Shown here: piece by piece, positions 59,540 to 64,000 of the stretch
Position numbering within the stretch: position 1 is the first letter of the stretch
Layout of the letters: every line of letters starts with the position of its first letter
NCBI GenBank assembly: GCA_963666285.1
Contig: OY762711.1
Direction: 5' to 3' (one strand)
Origin: Sedimentisphaerales bacterium
Lineage (GTDB): Bacteria > Planctomycetota > Phycisphaerae > Sedimentisphaerales > SM23-30
DNA: 64,000 nt
Position numbers and translations under genes: made by a program
The notes under the pieces: generated by a model
What the model saw: the letters and a program-made list of their open reading frames with translations, nothing else
Told to the model about the DNA's origin: nothing
Databases searched by the model: none

Positions 59540-60028
59540 ATGAAGCAAGGAATTGACAACATTGTCACACAATTAAAAACGACGCCAACTAAAGATTTGA
59601 AGCGAAAATACGCTGAGCTGTTTGGGCATAAGCCCAGTTCCAATAATAAGGCGTGGCTAGTGAAGCGTATCGCATGGGGCGTCCAGTCTCATCATCAAAA
59701 TTTGGATATATCCAAGCGAGCCAGAGAACGGGCGATTGAACTGGCAAAAACGAGTGAAATACGGACAACAATACCAAAGTTCAAGGAAATTGAACCGGAA
59801 TCAACTACTGTAACCAAACCAATTCGGTTTAATGTTGATTCACGCCTACCAATGCCAGGGGCGATCCTAACCAAAAACTACAAGGGGCAGAAAATTGAAG
59901 TTACGGTTCTTTCAGATGGCTTTCTTTACCGAGGTCGTCACTATCGCTCGCTCTCTGCTGTCGCCAAGGTAATTAGTGGATCGCATTGTAATGGATTTGT
60001 CTTTTTTGGATTGAAGAAAGGAAATTGA
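59540..60028 (+). CDS. DUF2924 protein
   Basis: WL.KRIAW..Q, PMPG..L.K.YKG, Y.SLSAVA..I.GSHCNG..FFGL. Confidence 0.88.
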   Translation: MKQGIDNIVTQLKTTPTKDLKRKYAELFGHKPSSNNKAWLVKRIAWGVQSHHQNLDISKRARERAIELAKTSEIRTTIPKFKEIEPESTTVTKPIRFNVDSRLPMPGAILTKNYKGQKIEVTVLSDGFLYRGRHYRSLSAVAKVISGSHCNGFVFFGLKKGN

Positions 60029-60032
60029 TTAA

Positions 60033-61574
60033 GTGATTGCACCAAATGACAAAAATCTTCGATATGCTTTGTATTGCAGGGTCTCAACTAACCACGGTGA
60101 GGAATTAGACTATAGCTCAATAGACCACCAGGAATCATCAGGGACAAAATGGCTTACGCAAAACAAAGGAGCTTTGCCTGAAAATATTGACGTGTACAAA
60201 GACAGCGGCTTTAGTGGCGGCAATACTAATAGGCCTGCATTTAAGAGGCTTATGAAAGATATTAGAGATCATAAAATTGATGTCGTTCTTGTCAATAGGT
60301 TAGATCGGATTAGCCGATCTCTCTTTGATTTTCTTAAAATGCAAAAAGAATTTGAGAAATACAATGTCGGCTTCATTTGTGTAGAGCAGCAGATTGACAC
60401 CAGTACCGCAGCGGGCAAACTTATGCTATATATGCTTTTCAGCTTTGCTCAATTTGAACGTGAAACAATTTCGGACCGTACACGCAGTAAAATCCGAGGT
60501 GCTCGCATGCGTGGAGATTATACCGGCGGTAGACCTATCTTAGGATACGACATCGAAAGGCTCACTACTGGCTCTCAACTAATAATCAATCCAGAAGAAG
60601 CACAGCAGGTTCGAGAAATCTTTTCGCTCTATCTTGAAAAGCAATCTCTAATGCTAACTGTCAAGGAATTGAACCATAGAGGCTGGACAAGCAAACGGTG
60701 GACTACTCGCAAAGGCACCATTCAAGGCGGAAAGAAATTCAATAAAAATATGCTGCGAACACTACTAAAAAACGTCACCTATATTGGGAAAACCAGATGT
60801 GGAGAAGAAATCTACGAAGGCAGGCACGAAGCCATAATTGGTATGGACACATGGAAAAAGGTCCAGCAGTTATTTGCCAAAAACCTTCATTGTGGCGGCA
60901 TAACTGACAACACAAATCGCCGAACCGTTCTTTTGAGAAATCTGCTGTTTTGTTCGAAGTGTGGCCAGCCAATGGGCCACACTTATACAGTCAGAAACAA
61001 TATTATGTATCGTTATTATCTCTGCGAAACAGTCCATAAAATGGGCAAAGACGCCTGTGTTACTCGTCGCATTCCAGCTGTGGAAGTCGAGAAATTCGTT
61101 ATTGACCAAATTAGAAGTATTACGAAAGACCCGCAATTATTTCTACTTGCTCTCGAACAGGCAAACTCAAAGGCCATCAGTAAAAATGAAGAACTCGGTG
61201 CAGAATTTACGCAGCTTAGCAGAAAAGCAAAGCAGCTTAATCGTAAAATCCAGGCATTATGCAATAATCCTGACGTTGAAATTTCAGATGGTGTAGTTGA
61301 ACTCAATGAGCAACTTCACGAAACAGAATCTCGCCTACAGCAGATCGAAAAAGAACTAGCCATTCTTGATGGTAAACGAATCAACAGCAACGCCGCCATG
61401 GAGGCATTTCAATCCTTTGACGCCGTCTGGGATGCATTATCCCCGAAAGAACAGGCTCGCGTTTTGCAACTCCTGATCGAGCGTATCAATTACGACAGCA
61501 CACCGAATAAACAACTTATGTCCATAACGTATCGACCTAATGGCATTATGAATATGGGCAATGGAAAGGCGTAA
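60033..61574 (+). CDS. Large serine recombinase
   Basis: YCRVST, D.GFSG...RP, RLDRISR, FAQFERE; recombinase domain, CSKC...C Zn-ribbon, coiled coil. Confidence 0.95.
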   Translation: MIAPNDKNLRYALYCRVSTNHGEELDYSSIDHQESSGTKWLTQNKGALPENIDVYKDSGFSGGNTNRPAFKRLMKDIRDHKIDVVLVNRLDRISRSLFDFLKMQKEFEKYNVGFICVEQQIDTSTAAGKLMLYMLFSFAQFERETISDRTRSKIRGARMRGDYTGGRPILGYDIERLTTGSQLIINPEEAQQVREIFSLYLEKQSLMLTVKELNHRGWTSKRWTTRKGTIQGGKKFNKNMLRTLLKNVTYIGKTRCGEEIYEGRHEAIIGMDTWKKVQQLFAKNLHCGGITDNTNRRTVLLRNLLFCSKCGQPMGHTYTVRNNIMYRYYLCETVHKMGKDACVTRRIPAVEVEKFVIDQIRSITKDPQLFLLALEQANSKAISKNEELGAEFTQLSRKAKQLNRKIQALCNNPDVEISDGVVELNEQLHETESRLQQIEKELAILDGKRINSNAAMEAFQSFDAVWDALSPKEQARVLQLLIERINYDSTPNKQLMSITYRPNGIMNMGNGKA

Positions 61575-61576
61575 AT

Positions 61577-61981
61577 ATGGAAACAGTTACCGTAGATTAT
61601 CCCATCAGCTTTGAAACACATGAACATGGCCGCAAGGTCATTCAGCATGGGCACAATATCGTTCCGGAAACACCCAAAGGCCGACCTCAGCGGATTTCGC
61701 ACCTTATGGCCTTAGCGATATACTTCGAACAACTTATCAAACAGAGAGTCGTCAAGGATTATGCCGACATTGCTCGTCTTGGCTATGTTACCCGTGCCCG
61801 CTTAAGCCAGATCATGAACCTGCGTCTATTAGCTCCTGACATTCAAGAAGCCATCCTTGACCTGTCGCCAACAACCAAGGGCCGCGACCCAATCATGGAA
61901 AGAGCCGTTCGCCCAATCACTCTTCAGCCCAACTGGACCAAACAACGGCAAATGTGGGAAAAGTTACTTGCCGACTCTTAA
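61577..61981 (+). CDS. Conserved HTH-like protein downstream of large serine recombinases
   Basis: LMALAI.F, DYA..A.LG.VTRARLSQIMNL..LAPDIQE. Confidence 0.82.
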   Translation: METVTVDYPISFETHEHGRKVIQHGHNIVPETPKGRPQRISHLMALAIYFEQLIKQRVVKDYADIARLGYVTRARLSQIMNLRLLAPDIQEAILDLSPTTKGRDPIMERAVRPITLQPNWTKQRQMWEKLLADS

Positions 61982-62376
61982 TGAGCAAAGATATTATCGT
62001 ATATTTCTTTCTCTTGTAGCTGTTTTGCCAGCAACTTCAAATCTACTCTGCCATAAGCATCTGATCTACCAAAAATCACCATCATGCTTTGTGCTTGATC
62101 TACTTCCCATTTCCCGCCGCCCATGATATGCCATTCATTATCATGGATATTGTATTTTGTTTGTGCGGCATTGTATGTCCCGGCAATATTATGCTGACGG
62201 CAGAATCTTTCAGCAATATTAGCATGCCACTTCGATAGTTCAGCAGGCGAAAACACCGCCCATCGACTACTGCCATTAGCAATAAGAATGAATTTCCCCG
62301 ATCTTTTATCTGGCAGTGGCTCGTTATTGATATCGCAAAACCACTGCGATGAATAATCAACATACTCTAAGTTCAA
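61978..62376 (-). CDS. Hypothetical protein
   Basis: SD GGAGG before TTG 62376; GKF, WHANIAERFC, GGGKW, GRSDAYG. Confidence 0.6.
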   Translation of the reverse strand: MNLEYVDYSSQWFCDINNEPLPDKRSGKFILIANGSSRWAVFSPAELSKWHANIAERFCRQHNIAGTYNAAQTKYNIHDNEWHIMGGGKWEVDQAQSMMVIFGRSDAYGRVDLKLLAKQLQEKEIYDNIFAH

Positions 62377-62396
62377 AACTAACCTCCATGTTATTC

Positions 62397-63359
62397 TTAG
62401 TTCTCTCCCTCTAGCCACTGGCAGGCCAACATCGCTAAATCTTCCAGATCCACATAACAGTCACCCGTCAGGTCAGCGGTGACGCTGCAGGGTTTAATGC
62501 TGAATGGTTCACTCGTTCCCAGAATAGCTGTACCGTCGGCGGCGGTTGCCTGAATGATACAGCTTTCGCTGTCAATCCCAGCGGGGATATGCCAATACAC
62601 CGGCCCGGCTAAGTGCAGACTGTTGTCGATGCTCGCAAAGGTCACACCGTTGTCGATAGAGAATTGCAGTTTGGTATAGCCCGATGTGTTATTACTAAAA
62701 CCAATGGCTATGATGTGATCGCTGTAACTCAGATTGCCGCTATTGATAACAATCTCCGAGATCGGCGGGACAGCTTCTATTTTATCAATATTCCCACCAT
62801 ATTGAGCTCCTCCAGCAGTTGTCCCAATTACTCCATTAATGTATGGGTTGTTGGTATCAATGCTTAGGGTTAGGTCTTGAAGTGAATTATATACACCATC
62901 TCCATTGGAGTCAAGATCTTTTAGGTCTCCCCAAACGTTAAACATCATTGAGTTTCCATTTCCAAATGTTTCGTAATCTCCAGGTCTTCCGTCCTTATGC
63001 CCTGCACTGATTACACCATTTGTATCCATTGAGGTGTACCAACCGTCTTTAACATTACTACCTGTAGCTATTTGTGTAAGCATATTGTCAATTACAGTTT
63101 GTTTGTCTGTGTATGGGTTATTTTGTGCAATGCTGTCTGCTAGGCCTTCGATTAGTCCAGTAATTTGTAAGCTGTCTAATTCAACACCTTGGTAGTCATT
63201 AAGAATATTAAAGTGGATACCATATCCGCCCATTCCAGATGGGTTGTATAGGTTTGATTGTTGAGTAAATACAACAGTAGTGGTATTTCGAGCCTCAGCC
63301 CTATGTGGCAGTGCAATTGCACAAAGCAGTATTAAAAGTATGAATCTCTTTGTCACCAT
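62397..63359 (-). CDS. Secreted protein: passenger domain shared with 35123..35800, C-terminal dockerin-like domain
   Basis: GLADSIA..NP..DKQ.V.D and NPYINGVIGT shared; tail ADLTGDCYVDLEDLAMLACQWL. Confidence 0.8.
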   Translation of the reverse strand: MVTKRFILLILLCAIALPHRAEARNTTTVVFTQQSNLYNPSGMGGYGIHFNILNDYQGVELDSLQITGLIEGLADSIAQNNPYTDKQTVIDNMLTQIATGSNVKDGWYTSMDTNGVISAGHKDGRPGDYETFGNGNSMMFNVWGDLKDLDSNGDGVYNSLQDLTLSIDTNNPYINGVIGTTAGGAQYGGNIDKIEAVPPISEIVINSGNLSYSDHIIAIGFSNNTSGYTKLQFSIDNGVTFASIDNSLHLAGPVYWHIPAGIDSESCIIQATAADGTAILGTSEPFSIKPCSVTADLTGDCYVDLEDLAMLACQWLEGEN

Positions 63360-63698
63360 ATCGTTTTCCTGTTTTCTCACCAAATTGCAATCTCAATAAT
63401 ATAGATAACTTCCTTTGCTAAATCAAATTAGGCATAGTCAATTATACAAAATTCCGGTAGGAAATGCAAATTTATGAAGCTCAATCAATCCCGTTGTGTT
63501 CGGGGTTCGATTGCAACGGGCCTGTTAACCAGCCGGGGGCAAATATTCAGAGAGTTTGAGAGATTTTCTGGTATTGATCGATATTCGTTCGTAACACCGG
63601 CGGTTTGCATCGGTTGTGCAAGTCTCACAATAAAAACACAGAGAGAAACCGGAAAAGGTGAAAATGACGCTAAGTCTTTACACAGAAGGGGTTAAAAG

Positions 63699-63730
63699 AA
63701 AAAGGCCACAGGGTTTATCCTGTAGCCTTT
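63699..63730 (-). terminator. Terminator downstream of tRNA-Asn
   Basis: aaaggccacaggg-ttta-tcctgtagccttt. Confidence 0.75.
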
Positions 63731-63774
63731 GTTGTTAACAAGTGGGTCGCTAAGGTTAGCGACCCAACATAAAG

Positions 63775-63847
63775 CTCCCCGAACTGGACTCGAACCAGTA
63801 ACCTAGCGGTTAACAGCCGCTCGCTCTACCAATTGAGCTATCAGGGA
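63775..63847 (-). tRNA. tRNA-Asn (GTT), CCA not encoded
   Basis: TCCCTGA/TCGGGGA acceptor, TAGCTCAATTGGTAGAGC D-arm, GCGG-CTGTTAA-CCGC anticodon arm, GGTTCGAGTCC T-arm. Confidence 0.97.
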
Positions 63848-64000
63848 ATATATTGGTATAAGTCCGGCAATAGCCGGGATTTATTTACTTGTAATTTTCG
63901 CCGGTAATTAACTGACGAGTTACATATCATATAAATATATATCAGTTATGTCAACGTTAAATATTAGTAAAATACTGTTTTTTTAGAAATGCCATAAAAT

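Larger units (their letters stand above)
23962..63790. mobile_element. ~40 kb composite genomic island at tRNA-Asn
   Basis: Direct repeat of the tRNA 3' end at both borders; three recombinases, an excisionase-like gene and defence cargo. Confidence 0.8.

Noticed and set aside
33756..61981. Prophage or complete conjugative ICE
   Set aside because: No terminase, capsid, tail, relaxase or VirB channel genes recognised
63474..63695. 73-aa ORF beside the tRNA
   Set aside because: No motifs, overlaps hairpins; more likely non-coding att-flank sequence
1..64000. CRISPR array
   Set aside because: No series of equal-length repeats with unique spacers was seen, and no cas-like ORFs

Overview
The window has two parts. 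Positions 1-21 kb are host-type genes: CAZymes (GH2, PL11, two GH43, GH92), esterases, an ECF sigma/FecR pair and a prepilin/H-X9-DG protein. These, plus a dockerin-like tail at 62.4 kb, suggest a Planctomycetota (Phycisphaerae-like) host; this is inference. A short AT-rich stretch (21-24 kb) with an IS remnant follows. A ~40 kb composite island then runs from a degenerate tRNA-Asn 3' copy (23962-24042) to an intact tRNA-Asn(GTT) (63775-63847, minus strand). It carries a GIY-YIG gene fused to the tRNA remnant, a Gabija pair, an Eco57I-like type IIG R-M system, a NACHT-HEAT protein, three recombinases and two HerA-like ATPase/PD-(D/E)XK modules (one fused, one split). It also carries an operon encoding PP2C-FHA, Ser/Thr kinase-Zn ribbon-FHA and vWA proteins. 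The most unusual signal is a block at ~35-43 kb, plus one gene at 52 kb, that looks archaeal: TATA boxes a constant 22-24 nt before ATG with no SD, an N-glycosylation-sequon-rich surface protein, an archaeal-style integrase and a foreign tRNA 3'-end relic. One of its PEP-CTERM passenger domains recurs at 62-63 kb fused to a planctomycete-type anchor. No CRISPR array or rRNA was seen. All calls come from reading motifs by eye; no searches were run.
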